Positions 1 through 14,838 are shown, counted from the stretch's first letter. The stretch is 64,000 bases of DNA from Octopus vulgaris (GCA_951406725.2 OX597814.1:19220001-19284000), one strand, 5' to 3'. The notes: a model not told the origin generated them from the sequence alone. A program made the numbers and translations.

Positions 1-302
1 AGCCTGGGCCGACCAAAGCCTTGTGAGTGGATTTGGTAAATGGAAACTGAAAGAAGTCCATCGTACATATGTATATATATGTGTGTGTGTGTGTGTTTGT
101 GTGTCTCTGTTTTTCCCGCCCACAATATCGCTTGACAACCGATGGTGGTGTGTTTACGCCCCCGTAACTTAGCAGTTCGGCAAAAGAGACCGATAGAATA
201 AGTACTAGGCTTACAAAGAGTAAGTCCTGCGGTCGATTTGCTCGACAAAAGGCAGTGCTCCAGCATGGTCACAGTCAAATGACTGAATCAAGTAAAAGAG
301 TA
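1..302 (+). mobile_element. SINE family A (tRNA-derived, CORE-like), 5' end cut by window edge
   Basis: Matches other copies: GCCTTGTGAGTGGATTTGGTA...(TA)n(TG)n...CCAGCATGG(T/C)CACAGTCAAATGACTGAA.CAAGTAAAAGAG tail. Confidence 0.9.
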
Positions 303-634
303 TAAATACACACATATATACACACAGACAGAGAGTAAGAGAGTGAGAGAGAAAGAGAAAGAAAGGGAGAGAGAATGTTGCATTGTTTTACTAATTATTC
401 TTGTACGTTACAAAATTAGTATGAACTACTCCAATATACTCCAAAATATTAATATGGATTATCTAAAACTTTACAATATATATTGAAAAATTCACGACGC
501 ATTTACATACCCTTTGCTGCACATGATTTGAATATCATTGCTCTGCACAATTAGCAACTAATAGCAAAACACAACACATACGCTTACATAACCGATATCC
601 CATCAACCAATAACAACTTCCGACACAAGAACCG

Positions 635-800
635 TGAAGACGCATCGCCTAGTAGATAGGTGTTCGGTTTATGATCAAGATCGCGAGTTCAACGCCTTAA
701 TGCAGTGACATGTTTGGGAGAAATGCACTTGGTTTCAATAGCTTCAGTCTACTCAGCTGTAATGAGTACCACCCAAGTTCTGGCTGTTACACTTTGGATG
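635..800 (+). mobile_element. Degenerate tRNA-derived SINE (family E)
   Basis: tRNA-like head with B-box-like GAGTTCAAC, then CAGTCTACTCAGCTGTAATGAGTAC, similar to 33567-33885. Confidence 0.55.
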
Positions 801-1944
801 TGACGCCAGACAAAATGTATGAAGGCCGAGGCTGTGTGTATGCTTGCTTATGACTACACACTCACCTGAAACAATTAGCGTAAGTAAAATACATCAGCCA
901 GCCATTCTCGCTCGCGAGTGACGACTGTGTACAAGTGCTACCCAATAAGCAATATTATAAAGCCAACTCAACACCGTCTGTGCAATAACCAGACGTTGCT
1001 GTAGCACATAACACAGGTCATAAATAACAAAAAGTAAAAACATAACACGACTCATATTACATGCATTGTACAAAACATAAAATAATAAAAACGACCCTCA
1101 ACAATGAGAAACAGCTGTAGTATACAAATGCAACTCTATGCCCTAAAAACACAGTTGCTGCACACGCGTCAAGAATACAGAGCTGCACCTGGCGGTGCGG
1201 CACAAGTTCGCATGAATCTTTTGAAAACATGATGATGATAGTATTAATAACGATTTCTTATATAGGAACATCAAACATTTGGAAATGAACAGGAAGCATC
1301 AATAAATACAGAAAAACCTAGAAAAATATTAAAAATAAGGCAAGAAAAAATATTTGTTCAGTTTATGAGACAATGCAATCTGCTCTCTTGTGGTGTCGTT
1401 AAAAGTATTATATAAATGAGAGAAATGTAATTAAGATGTTTAAACGATACACTTGTAATATTTGCTGTGAAAAATATGAATAATTTGTATATCGCTAAGA
1501 AACAAATAACTACGAAGTTAGACTAAACATTAGACAAATATTGAACAATTACAAAGATCATAGAATAGATGTATGTGTGCGTGTGTGCGTGTGAATGTAT
1601 GTAGAGACACACATACATACACGGAGTAGAGGTATAGGTGTAAGAGTGTATAGTGAACTTATAAATATAAATATATGTAAAGTTTACTACATATAAGAAA
1701 AATAAAGGTTATATTATAGAAAGTATATTTATCGAATAGATGCTGAGGTGTGTGATTGGCTACGGTATGAAATAATCTTTGCACACACACACACAGACAT
1801 ACACACACGAATGTGTGTGTGTGTGAGTTTGTATGTGTGCCTACATATGTATGCGCGTGCAAACAAACGTATTTGCCTCAGACATTCGTGTTTCTTTCTC
1901 TCCCTCGCTTTCTCTCTTTGTCTTTCTATCTCTCACTCATTCTA

Positions 1945-3850
<1,906 letters not shown>

Positions 3851-4075
3851 CGCTGTAAACCTACAGTATATAAATCACAGTACCATGTCTATTTGTAATA
3901 ATCTAATTTAATGCTAATGAAATGAAAGCCGCAGTAAATGTTGATTAATGACAATGTTGAATTATTTCTGCTAATCTTTATTAAGATAATTTGAAAAAGA
4001 TTCATTGTCTGTATTTTATGTGTGTATGTATGTATACATATACCTGCAATAACAACTAAAATAATAACGTGCATG

Positions 4076-4108
<33 letters not shown>

Positions 4109-4202
4109 CTCAAAGTCGTTATGTGTATTTATGGATGTATGTTATTATCTCGCCCCCTCTTTCTCCTCTCTTTCTCTCTCTGTCTGTCTCTCTCTCTCTG
4201 TC

Positions 4203-5200
4203 TGGGGCCTACCAATTTTGAACAGTCTGAAGTGTAACAGGCCGAAACTGTAGTGATCATTGGAAACATGACTGATGAATAGAAAGCCACAAATGTTCCG
4301 TCCTGGTTTTCCTATCCGTCATTGTATCGTCCATCTGTCCGTATTTTCTTATTGTCGTCCATTTCCTTCTTGTTTTTTTTAAATTTATATATACATATAG
4401 CGGTGTACGTACACCTTTTGTTCAGCGTGTAAGGGAGTATATGCCTAAATTCTGTACGACTTTCTCTTTTCTTTCCTCATTACTTTTTCTCTCTCCCCCT
4501 CTCTCAATTTCTTGCCATTCTCTTTCCATTTTCCTTTTCTCGTTCCCCCTCTGTCACATTTCTTGGCATTCTCTTTCTTTAATCTCTATACTTTCCTGTT
4601 ATCTCCTTTGCACCTTTCCCTCTTTCTCTCTCTCTCTGTCTCTCTGTCTGCCCCTCTGTCTCTCTCTCTCTCTCTAGTTCCTTCCCTAATTCTTCAATCC
4701 CTCTGCTCCTTACCTCTCTCTGTTACTCCCACATGATCGATGCTCAGTCAAGCACGATCTTCCTTTCTTGGCTCGACCGCCGCTCGCATAACACGTTATT
4801 TTCCTATCTCCTGACTTTCATTTATGCTTGTTACCGTTAGGCTTCCAATTTACACGCCAGATTAACTTAACTTGTCGTTTTAGTCGAAAGACACCTGTTG
4901 TTATTCTTGTTCTTTGTATTTGTAATCTTGTACCATTTCCTCCGTTTTCTCCTCATTTTTTGTCCGTAATGGTGCACATATTCGCCCACTTTCTTCCCAA
5001 AATTTAATGCCTTTAGCTTAGATTTTTGGGGCTTACCAATTTTGAAGTCTGAAGTATAACAGACCAACACTGTACTGATAATTGGCAGCATGACTGATGA
5101 AATAGAAAGCCCTGAATGTTCCGTCTTATTTTTCCTATCCGTCTTTGTATCGTCCATCTGTCCGTATGTTTTCATTATCGTCCGTTACTTTCTTGTTCTG
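4203..5200 (+). mobile_element. Penelope-like pLTR relic with ~170-bp direct repeats (about 4203-4372 and 5027-5197)
   Basis: GGGGC(C/T)TACCAATTTTGAA...CTGATGAA...TGTTCCGTC...TTCCTATCCGTC.TTGTATCGTCCATCTGTCCGTAT occurs twice; both copies end at TA-rich tracts; hammerhead-like stems present. PLE identity is inferred. Confidence 0.5.
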
Positions 5201-5460
5201 TTATATAATATATATAATATATATACATAATTATATACATATACATAATTATATACATATACACACACACACATACATACATATATGCTTGTTGTGCATT
5301 TTGTTGGAGAATTAAGTTCCTGGATTTTCATGAAGAGAAAGCTGCAAAATGGACTCCTTATTCAATCCGAATTAGGGACTTTGCAGCCTTCGAAACATAT
5401 GTAGAAAATAATATAAAGGAATTTTGTTAAATCTTCGTTCAGCTCCATTTCTTCCTACAC

Positions 5461-5536
<76 letters not shown>

Positions 5537-5561
5537 TGTATGTATGTATGTATGTATGTAT

Positions 5562-5720
5562 ACGACGGGCTTCTTTCAGTTCAGTCTAACCAAATCCACT
5601 CACAAGGCTTTGGACGGCCCGATGCTATAGTAGAAAACACTTGCCCAAGGTGCCACACACACAGTGGGACTGAACCTGGAACCATGTAGTTGGAAAGTAA
5701 GCTTCTTACCACACAGCCGC
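5562..5720 (-). mobile_element. SINE A, 5' half
   Basis: Reverse complement of head GCTGTGTGGTAAG...GGTTCAGTCCCACTG...ACCTTGGGCAAGTG. Confidence 0.85.
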
Positions 5721-7611
5721 TCAAACCAATTACTTCTATGAGCTGTTACGTAGCGAAATGAAATTCTGATATAATCATATCAATAAGATATACGTTATTA
5801 TTGAATGCAACAATCAAATGTCTACAGTTGTATTTTAACAAAAGGTAACACTGAAATTAAGTTCATATACCAGTAAAACAAATATTTTGCGTTCATTGAT
5901 GTATGTATGATCAGGTATATATAAGCGTGTATATTAATATTTCTATTAACTCATAATCTTGACAATTTTCCAACTTAAAAACTAAATTTGTCAATTATTC
6001 TATAATATTTGTGCTATAAATCTTTATAAATTCAAGTTTGAAACTGAATTATTTGTATTACTTTATTCATATAAAATGTTTTAGTTTCTTTATAAGCTGT
6101 TGCACTTTAAAAGCATATATTTTTGTTTATTCTAAACACAGTGATGAGATTCTGTATTATGTGTATCGTTATAATATCATTGCGTCGATTTTTAAAAAGA
6201 ACATATTTATTTTAAGAAATTCATAACAGTATTTTATCTAATAATTTCCAAGTTGTGATGGTGATGATCGTGGTAGTGACAATGGTTAAAAAGATAAAAG
6301 AATGAGATAAAATGAAGCGAAATCCCTATAAATAATTGTTTGAATATTCATTCAGTCATGAAATCTATCACATTTATCTGAAAACATTTAAGTCGATGTT
6401 GTGATTATGATGTGCGCAAGTCTGCTATTTCAGGGAGAGAATAATAAATGTTTCTTCTCGAACAGAATATATTTCAAGTATATAATCGAGAGTTAATCAG
6501 TGTCTGTTTTCGAGCAATTTAGGATTTTCTTATTGTCAACCCAAGAAGCAATAAAAAAAAAGACAACTCTCAAAATTTTAATTATTTTAAATTCCCACCA
6601 AATTGAAAGGCCACGAAAATTCGTTTTTATATCTGGTCCTTTAAAATAAAATTAAGACTACTGCATTAGTTTTGCTTTCTTCAAACATATTTCGGAGCAA
6701 ATAATTCAAATTGAGTTCGAGTAGACTGAAGAATCTATCAAGGAAAATGTGCGTGTGTTTTGTAATGCTTTTAAAACTGAGAATAAAAAAAAACACTGAA
6801 TAATTTTGATATAAACCTTCAGTATGTTTGCCACACACGTAACAGAAATGCTTTCCAGAATAAAATAAAAAGAAAATAGGTCCTGAAAATGGGTGGCAAA
6901 AGAATGATTAGTTTTTGCAAAGGGCATCGAGTAAGATGTAATTCTAAAGACTTGTTCAGTGTTTATAGTGTCTGTCAAATAGACTTCTCAACAATTTCAT
7001 GTCATGTGATTCGAAACAATAAATTGGGAGTTGGTATCAACTATTTTATCAGTGTCTTACCCCAGGTGCCAATTGATAAATTATAATTCTCGATTAAACA
7101 AAACGACTGAAAGTAAAGCAACACAATCTTATGTGTCTTGTAAAACGTAATAAATATAAATAAGAGATTTGCTCCGACTACGCCAACGAGAATGGTGACT
7201 GTAGTAACACTGCAAAAAAATCTTAGTAAAACAATACAAAAAGAAAAGAGAAAAGTAAGAAATGCCCAAGAAAAGAAGGCAAACAAAATATTTATCTTAA
7301 TGCCAGCGTGTGATAATTTCAGTGATATGAACGACCGTTTCGCAACTGTCAAACTAACGAGTAACACGTTTGCACTAAAAGAAACATTTGATGAAGATGA
7401 TGCTGATAATGACAGCGATTACGATAATAATGCTGATGACGCCGAATATGATGACACCATATTTATAATGGCAAATTAATAATGATAACGGAAGAGGAAA
7501 ACTACAAGTGGTGTTCTCGTCCATGTCTTCCCAACAACACCAAACTACAATGATTGCCTTACTTGCCATACACGACCTACCTTTATGAATCAAATACCTA
7601 CAAGCTGAATA

Positions 7612-8010
7612 TCTTTATATATAAAAGAGAAGTTGTGTGTCTGTCTCCTACGATTTAGATTCCTAACTACTCCCACATTTTGCGGTGCAGTTTAACCAAA
7701 ACCGGGTATCTTATAGTCGTGATTCATATCGAGCCCTTCTGGGTATTAGCGTGCGTCTACGATGAGTCTACGATTTAAAAAAAAAATTACCATCATTTTT
7801 TTTCCCATTTTAATGCATTTTTTTCGCTATCATATAAGGGAAGTAACTCTCTAAAAATGTCTACGATGAGTCAACGATTTAAAAAAAATTACCATAATTT
7901 GTTTTCCATTTTTAATGCATTTTTTTGCTATTTTTTGGCTATAACTCTCTAAAAATGCTTATATAGTTATTTCCCTTACAAACCCGAGCAACGCCGGGCG
8001 ATACTGCTAG
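7612..8010 (+). mobile_element. Non-autonomous Helitron
   Basis: A|TCTTTATATATAAAAG start, 3' hairpin CCCGAGCAACGCCGGG then CTAG|T, no TSD; five related copies elsewhere in window. Confidence 0.9.
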
Positions 8011-8335
8011 TTTATGATAATAACGTAAGTAGCAACAACCAAGGAAATTATTAATTATTTAAATCATAAAATGAGTTGCAAAACGGAATAAATTCCTTTA
8101 TTGTGAAGGATAAAAGAAATCTAACGAGGTCGAATCTTAATGACAATGTGTTGATATTATTAGTTACTTCTCGAAATATTAGAACACCAGAAGCACAAAA
8201 CAAACACAAAACTTCTAGTTATTTCCTTGCAGAATTCAATTGGTTAACACAGTTTGTTTAGTTTCAGCCAACTAGGAGTAAGAAACTTACAAATATGCGA
8301 ATCCTTGTAGGCATGAAGGTTTATGTATACATATA

Positions 8336-8740
8336 ACTCTTACTCTTTTACTTGTTTCAGTCATTTGACTGCGGCCATGCTGGAGCACCACCTTTCGTCG
8401 AGCAGATCGGCCCCGGAACTTATTCTTTGTAAGCCTAGTACTTATTCTTCTGTTCTCTTTTGCCGAACCGCTAGGTTACGGGGACGTAAACACACCAGCA
8501 TCGGTTGTCAAGCAATGCTAGAGGGTCAAGCACAGACACACAAACTTACACACGCACACATATATACACATATATACGACGGGCTTCTTTCAGTTTCCGT
8601 CTACCAAATCCACTCGCAAGGCCTTGGTCGGCCCGAGGCTATAGTAGAAGACACTTGCTTAAGATGCCACGCAGTGAGACTGAACCCGGTACCATATGCT
8701 TGGTAAGCAAGCTACTTACCACACAGCCACTCCTGCGCCT
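8336..8740 (-). mobile_element. SINE A, full length
   Basis: Head AGGCGCAGGAGTGGCTGTGTGGTAAG, B-box-like GGTTCAGTC, internal microsatellite, AAGTAAAAGAGTA tail. Confidence 0.92.
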
Positions 8741-9123
8741 ATCTCTTTAAATAAAATTGTTTACTTCTTTTATATACATACACACCACATATAATTGTGT
8801 GCACATTTGCATAATACTCAAGGTAATTGAATTTTGAAGGTGCAAGTTCAATGCAAATTATTTTGATCGGTTCTGTTTTGGAAACATCAGTATATCCAAG
8901 CTGTTATGCAAATCTGTTGTTACATACAATTCGGACTTCTTTCCAGCCTGTCGAAAGTCTGTTAAAGTATTTCTGTCCCGTTTGATTTACAAACAGCTCT
9001 AACGTATGCAACATACTCATTGATTTCGAGACATTTGTGATGTTTGTCATTAGAGCTGGGAGAAAGACTAGCCATGAATGTTCGTATACATTGTCTGGCC
9101 AACACGTTTTCCTTATTTGTCAA

Positions 9124-9527
9124 TACTCTTTACTCTTTACTCTTTTACTTGCTTCAGTCATTTGACTGCGGCCATGCTGGAGCACCGCCTTTAATCGAGC
9201 AACTCGATCCCGGGACTTATTCTTTTGTAAGCCCAGTACTTATTCTATCGGTCTCTTTTGCCGAACTGCTAAGTAACGGGGACATAAACACACCAGCATC
9301 GGTTGTCAAGCAATGCTAGGGGGACAAACACAAACACACAAACACACACACGCATATATATATATACATATATACGACGGGCTTCTTTTCAGTTTCCGTC
9401 TACCAAATCCACTCACAAGGCATTGGTCAGCCCGAGGCTATAGTAGATGACACTTGCCCAAGGTGCCACGCAGTGGGACTGAACCCGGTACCATGTGGTT
9501 GGTAAACAAGCTACTTACCACACAGCC
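9124..9527 (-). mobile_element. SINE A, near full length
   Basis: Same consensus; tail of repeated AGTAAAG units. Confidence 0.92.
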
Positions 9528-9793
9528 TCTTATTCTGACTTTCTCGGTCTCTATTAAAATAATGTTATAAAATGTAACTGCTTGTTGGTGCTTGGATTCA
9601 GCTGTAGGTATTCGAAAAAGGAGTTGGTGCCATTAATTTTCTTATGCAGATCCTAACGTGCTGCCAACAGTTTGACAAATGACCTACTCCAAAAACGGAA
9701 AGCATTACCCAGAAGCTATCACTCTGGTATATCCCCGACGATAACATAAGGCTGATTCAGATTATATTAGATGATTGTGTTTTTATTGATAAA

Positions 9794-10576
9794 GGCGGCA
9801 AGCTAGCAAAAATGTTAGCACGCCGGGCGAAATACTTAGCGGTATTTCGTTTGCTGCTACGTTCTGAGTTCAAATTCCGCCGAGGTCAACTTTGCTTTCA
9901 TCATTTCGGGGTCGATTAAATAAGTACTAGTTACGCACTGAGGTCGATGTAATCGACTTAATACCTATGTCTGTCCTTGTTTGTCCCCTCTATGTTTAGC
10001 TCCTTGTGGGTAATAAAGAAATAGGTATTTCGTTTGCCGCAATGTTCTGAGTTCAAATTCCTCCGAGGTTGACTTTGCCTTTCATCCTTTCGGGATCGAT
10101 TTAATAAGTACCAGTTACGCACTGGGGTCGATGTAATAGACTTAATACCTATGTCTGTCCTTGTTTGTCCCCTCTATGTTTAGCTCCTTGTGGGTAATAA
10201 AGAAATAGGTATTTCGTTTGCCGCTACGTTCTGAGTTCAAATTCCTCCGATGTTGACTTTGCCTTTCATCATTTCGGGGTCGATTAAATAAGTACCAGTT
10301 ACGCACTAGGGTCGATGTAATCAACTTAAAACCTATGTCTCTCCTTGTTTGTCCCCTCTATGTTTAGCTCCTTGTGGGTAATAAAGAAATAGGTATTTCG
10401 TTTGCCGCTACGTTCTGAGTTCAAGTTCCTCCGAGGTTGACTTTGCCTTTCATCCTTTCGGAGTCGATTAAATAAGTACCAGTTACGCACTGGGGTCGAT
10501 ATAATCGACTTAATCCATTTGTCTGTCCTTGTTTGTCCTCTCTGTGTTTAGCCCTTTGTGGGTAGTAAAGAAATAG
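9794..10576 (+). mobile_element. SINE B tandem tetramer (one head plus four 183-184-bp units)
   Basis: Head GGCGGC(A/G)AGCT.GCA...; units start at GGTATTTCG 9841, 10024, 10208, 10392; core GCCTTTCATCCTTTCGGGGTCGAT.AAAT.AGTACC resembles Deu/Nin-type SINE domains. Confidence 0.92.
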
Positions 10577-10661
10577 ATATCTGTGTTCACCGTCTTCTCA
10601 GTTTTGTTTTATAAAACATCAATTTTAGCAGACGCGAGCTTTAACAATCAAGCATCTATGT

Positions 10662-11123
10662 GGATGGAAGCACTCCGTCGGTTACGACGACGAGGGTTCC
10701 GGTTGATCCGAATCAACGGAACAGCCTGCTCGTGAAATTAACTGAGTGACTGAGCACTCCACAGACACGTGTACGTGTCTGAGCACTCCACAGTGACTGA
10801 GCACTCCACAGACACGTGTAAGTGACTGAGCACTCCACAGACACGTGTACCCTTAACGTAGTTTTCGGGGATATTCAGCGTGACACAGAGAGTGACAAGG
10901 CCGGCCCTTTGAAATACAGGTACAACGGAAACAGGAAGTAAGAGTGAGAGAAAGTTGTGGTGAAAGAGTACAGCAGGGATCACCACCATCCCTTGCCGGA
11001 GCCTCGTGGAGCGTTTAGGTGTTTTCGCTCAATAAACACTCACAACGCCCGGTCTGGGAATCGAAACCGCGATCCTATGACCGCGAGTCCGCTGCCCTAA
11101 CCACTGGGCCATTGCGCCTCCAC
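10662..11123 (-). mobile_element. SINE C (tRNA-derived), full length with TSD
   Basis: Head GTGGAGGCGCAATGGCCCAGTGGTTAGGGCAGCGGACTCGCG...GGTTTCGATTCC; TSD AAGCATCTATGT at 10650 and 11124; internal repeats of ACTGAGCACTCCACAG. Confidence 0.93.
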
Positions 11124-11416
11124 AAGCATCTATGTAAGACTGATAACGTCAAAAATCTATTGCATCGTGGTTGAGCTGACACTTCACAAACCAGATTCCT
11201 CATATGACGCTTCATCATCTCGAGAAGGAACATTTGCAACGTTGATAGGATGCCCTTTCGGGCGCGAAGTGCTGTTTATGTGCCTAATGCAATTGAACGT
11301 TTTGATAGCTTTGCATTCGTGTAATTTTTAACAATGAATCTTTTTCAATTGCTGCTCAAATTTCGGAAAATAAATTCATATTTAGGTATCTTTATGTACC
11401 GTTGTATAAATGCCAG

Positions 11417-11740
11417 CATGTATCAGTGGTTAAGAAGTTTTCTTCATATTCACAATCATGACGTCTTGGGTTTCATCTACTATACGGTATTTGAGTCAGA
11501 GGAAGTACCATAACCTTAGGTCAAGCAATGCCTTGGGAATGAAAATGAGCAGACGAAAACTGTGTGGCAGTTTACTGTACATGTAACTGAGAGGCACATC
11601 TTTGTCATACTGTATTAGGATGGTGCTTCTTGAGAATTACGTTTAAGGTTCACCATCCTGTGGGGAAATGAGCCAATTCGCACGCTACTTTAAAGACTAT
11701 AGTTCCATTGAAGACTAACAACTAATTTCTCATAGATCGT
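11417..11740 (+). mobile_element. Old mosaic SINE: A-like head joined to C-like tail
   Basis: GCCTTGGGAATGAAAATGAGCAGACGAAAACTG resembles SINE A; TTGAGAATTACGTTTAAGGTTCAC...GAGCCAATTCGCACG resembles the SINE C 3' part. Confidence 0.55.
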
Positions 11741-11857
11741 TCCGTTTGAGAAGGTTAGTCATCATATATTTACATTTATTCTTTAATATATGTATAAATA
11801 TTCTTGAATGACAAATCTAAATGGATGTATAAGTATTAACACACACACACATATATA

Positions 11858-12305
11858 CAGGGTAAGATGGGTAAATTGTCACCATTTGATATTTTTAATT
11901 GCACATGCTCATTGTTTCTTTTTGATTTTGTCGATTACACAATATATTAGGGTCAGTTAGGCACCGTCTGTGAGAAAAACAGAGCCATGACGCAATTCAC
12001 TCTGCTAGAAATTTAGAAACGACATGCTGTACTGCTTGGCATTCGCGCCGGAAGCTACAATACGAACATTTCAGAGTGTTTGGGTGGGAATCTGAGGACA
12101 GTGCAGAGAATTCAGACAGAGTGTGATGAGTCTAATGGTGATTACGAAGGTGTTGCAGCTAGGAAAACTCATCCTGATATTTCTGATAAAGAACTCCTGA
12201 ATTTGATGGTGAGATCCAGGCCATTTTGGTAAACATATCTGTGATAAATGAGATGTCAGTGTTATTTTCATTTTTGCGCAATTTAGACGACAGTTTATTC
12301 ACTGC

Positions 12306-12311
<6 letters not shown>
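11858..12311 (+). mobile_element. Internally deleted Tc1/mariner element
   Basis: Imperfect TIRs CAGGGT.....GG.TAAATTGTC / GACAGTTTATTCACTGCACCCT flanked by TA; decayed N-terminal HTH (KRHAVLLGIRAG...ISECLG.NLRTVQRI). Confidence 0.75.
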
Positions 12312-12387
<76 letters not shown>

Positions 12388-12568
12388 TATAGATATATAT
12401 ATATATATGGGTGTGTGTGATTGTGTATAGAAGAATATATTAATAAAAGGAATTCCTTGTCTGATTTTCACGTTTTATTTACAATCTTATAATGATATAT
12501 TATAATTGAATATATTATAATTGAATAAAATAAAATGAAATAGTAGAATGTTAAATGTTCATTCTGAT

Positions 12569-12613
12569 TGAACTAGTACTTTCATGCATTGAATTCTGCA
12601 ATCTTCGGGTTCA
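12569..12613 (-). ncRNA. Minimal hammerhead ribozyme motif (CCGAAGA core)
   Basis: Minus strand: TGAAC-CCGAAGA-T-TGCA-GAATTCAA-TGCA-T-GAAA-GTAC-TA^GTTCA; stem I TGAAC/GTTCA; palindromic GTAC in place of stem III. Confidence 0.75.
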
Positions 12614-12817
12614 TGTAGTAGTGTTGACAGTCATGCTTCACAATTTTTGACTGTAGCAAGATGATTGATTCTGTGCTATAAATACAGCTGGGTAGGTTCC
12701 AGAGTGCTAGGTTTTGCAAACTGTATTCTGACCAATCAGTGTGTAGTATCACTCAATTACTTAAGCTGATTGGTTTAGGCATCATGCTTTGTTGGACATG
12801 TCAAGACATGCTTTGTT

Positions 12818-12872
<55 letters not shown>

Positions 12873-12967
12873 AAATATCTTGGAATAATAACCGCTCAAC
12901 CCCATGATTGTTAACAAGACGCTACTTTATGTATGTATGTATCTACTTGATATAACCGAGGTTGCAA

Positions 12968-14340
12968 ATTTGGTGTTTAGGCAGTGTGTTAAATATCCCA
13001 GGGCCCCAATAATTACAGGTATAAACCTGAACTTGTAATCTAGATAGAGTAACTGCATATTTCTCAATAGTTCACCATATGTGTTCTCTTTTACTCTGAT
13101 CTTCAGCTTTATGCTAACATCCGGTGAGCCGCAAATTTCCACAACTGTGCACAGTTTCCCTTCTCTAACTCAAATCATTATATTAGGTCTGTTTGTGCTT
13201 ACATTTTATTGAGGTCTTCACTGGTACATTCCACCAGTATTCCTTTTTATTATGAGTGGCTATGGCTTCTAACATATTGTGGGTTCTTATTTCTTTGTCC
13301 TCTGGATTATCCTTCCAACGGATTTCATTATAGAGAGTCCTAGCTACAAAGTTTTGCATCATCCGTAGATATTACCGTGATAACATTTTCGGACAACGCT
13401 TATGATGTGAGTGATATCTTCAGTATGAATTCCACAAAGTTTGCACACTTTACGTTTTTACTTGCATCTCTACCCCTTTTGTGCAATAGGTACTTGGTTG
13501 ATATTTCCTGTTCTTTGATTGGAAACACATACCCTTCAAAGTGGGAGGTAGTAATGCAGCTATTGGTCTATGATAAACTGCTTTGACGGTCGACGTTACT
13601 ATCATCAAGGAACTTTCTAGTAACATATCCATGCATAGTATTCTGCTCATATACGCTCATTCTTTCATCTGATGACACGTTGTGGTAAAGTTATGTGACT
13701 TCTTTGGGCATGTATTCTTGGTTATCAGACAAAGAGTATTGTTCAAGGAGCTGCCTTCTAAGTCTTAAAATGTTAACAGCCTCATGATTGCAAACTTTGT
13801 CAAGGGATGCACTTCGACACTTGATGGTTAAAAGATGTTGCAGAAGAGATATGATGCGACATTCAAAGGCATTTTGGATCGATGTTAAGTCTCTTCCGCC
13901 TTGTTTTCGGTTTAGGTAGAGGTGGTCTAGATTATATGGAAATTATGTGTGTGCTTGTTAGTATTTTGAGGGTTTTCACATCAATGGCTCGTATCTCATC
14001 AAGCATCCAATTCAAGCAGCCTAAATGTTAGTATGAGTACTGGCATTGCAAGCACATTGTGAGCCACTGTTTTATTGTATGCAGAGAGTTCTCAGGTCCA
14101 AATTTTCTTTATTCGGCTGTAATATTCTTTAGTGACACGTGTTTTGTTATAGGTGCTACTGTAAGATATATTTTCATCCGATGTTACTGTTCTGATTTAT
14201 AGTTTTTTCCCCTTTTCCCAACTACATAACAATATTTATCCTGACCAAACTCCAACCTAACATCCTTTGAGAATGTTGTAACTAGGTCAAGGCTCTTTTT
14301 CATCTCATGCATATTCTTTGCATAAAGTTTTAAGACATAT
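12968..14340 (-). pseudogene. R4/Dong-clade LINE fragment (RT C-terminus, Cys/His finger, restriction-like endonuclease)
   Basis: LKLYAKN...LDLVTTFSKDVRLEFGQDK; FEGYVFPIKEQEISTKY; KLCGIHTEDITHII; RPNIMI...VVEICGSPDV...KENTYGEL...FIPVIIGALG; frameshifted. Confidence 0.85.
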
Positions 14341-14838
14341 ACACAAAGAAACAGTGTATGTATGAATGTATATATGCATGTATGTATGTATGTATGTATG
14401 TATGTATGTGTGTATGTATGTATGTATGTATGTATGTATGTATGTACGTATGTATGTATGTATGTATGTATGTATGCATGTATGTATGTATGTATATAAG
14501 TATGTATTATACAATGCGCATAAAAACGCAAAATGGAAACACTTGCAATGTGTTTGAATTCACAAACAAAAAAAACAGAGATTAAAAACTTTTATATGTT
14601 TTCCCTGTAACAGATCTTCCTCTCTTTCTCTCTCCTCTCTCTCTCCCCCTTTCACTCTCTCTCTCTCCTTTTTCCACCTTAATCGTTTAACATTTATTCT
14701 TAAGTTAACCCTACTGAATTTTAGTAGTATTATTTGGTTCTATGTGTTCTATTAAAAAGTAATAAAGGCCCAAGAAATAACATAACCCGTATAATTTAGA
14801 AAAGATTTTTTTTTTCCCTTTCCGATTCTGATCCTTAC

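Noticed and set aside
7192-7479. 95-aa ORF with acidic tail
   Set aside because: The acidic stretch comes from a decayed (GAT)n repeat; no other support.
10738-10989. Recurrent ORF MVVIPAVLFHHNFLSL... (also at 26486, 37647, 44836)
   Set aside because: Recurs only because it lies inside SINE C copies.
11040-11123. tRNA gene-like sequences at SINE heads
   Set aside because: A and B boxes are present but continue into SINE bodies with tails and TSDs; not standalone tRNA genes.
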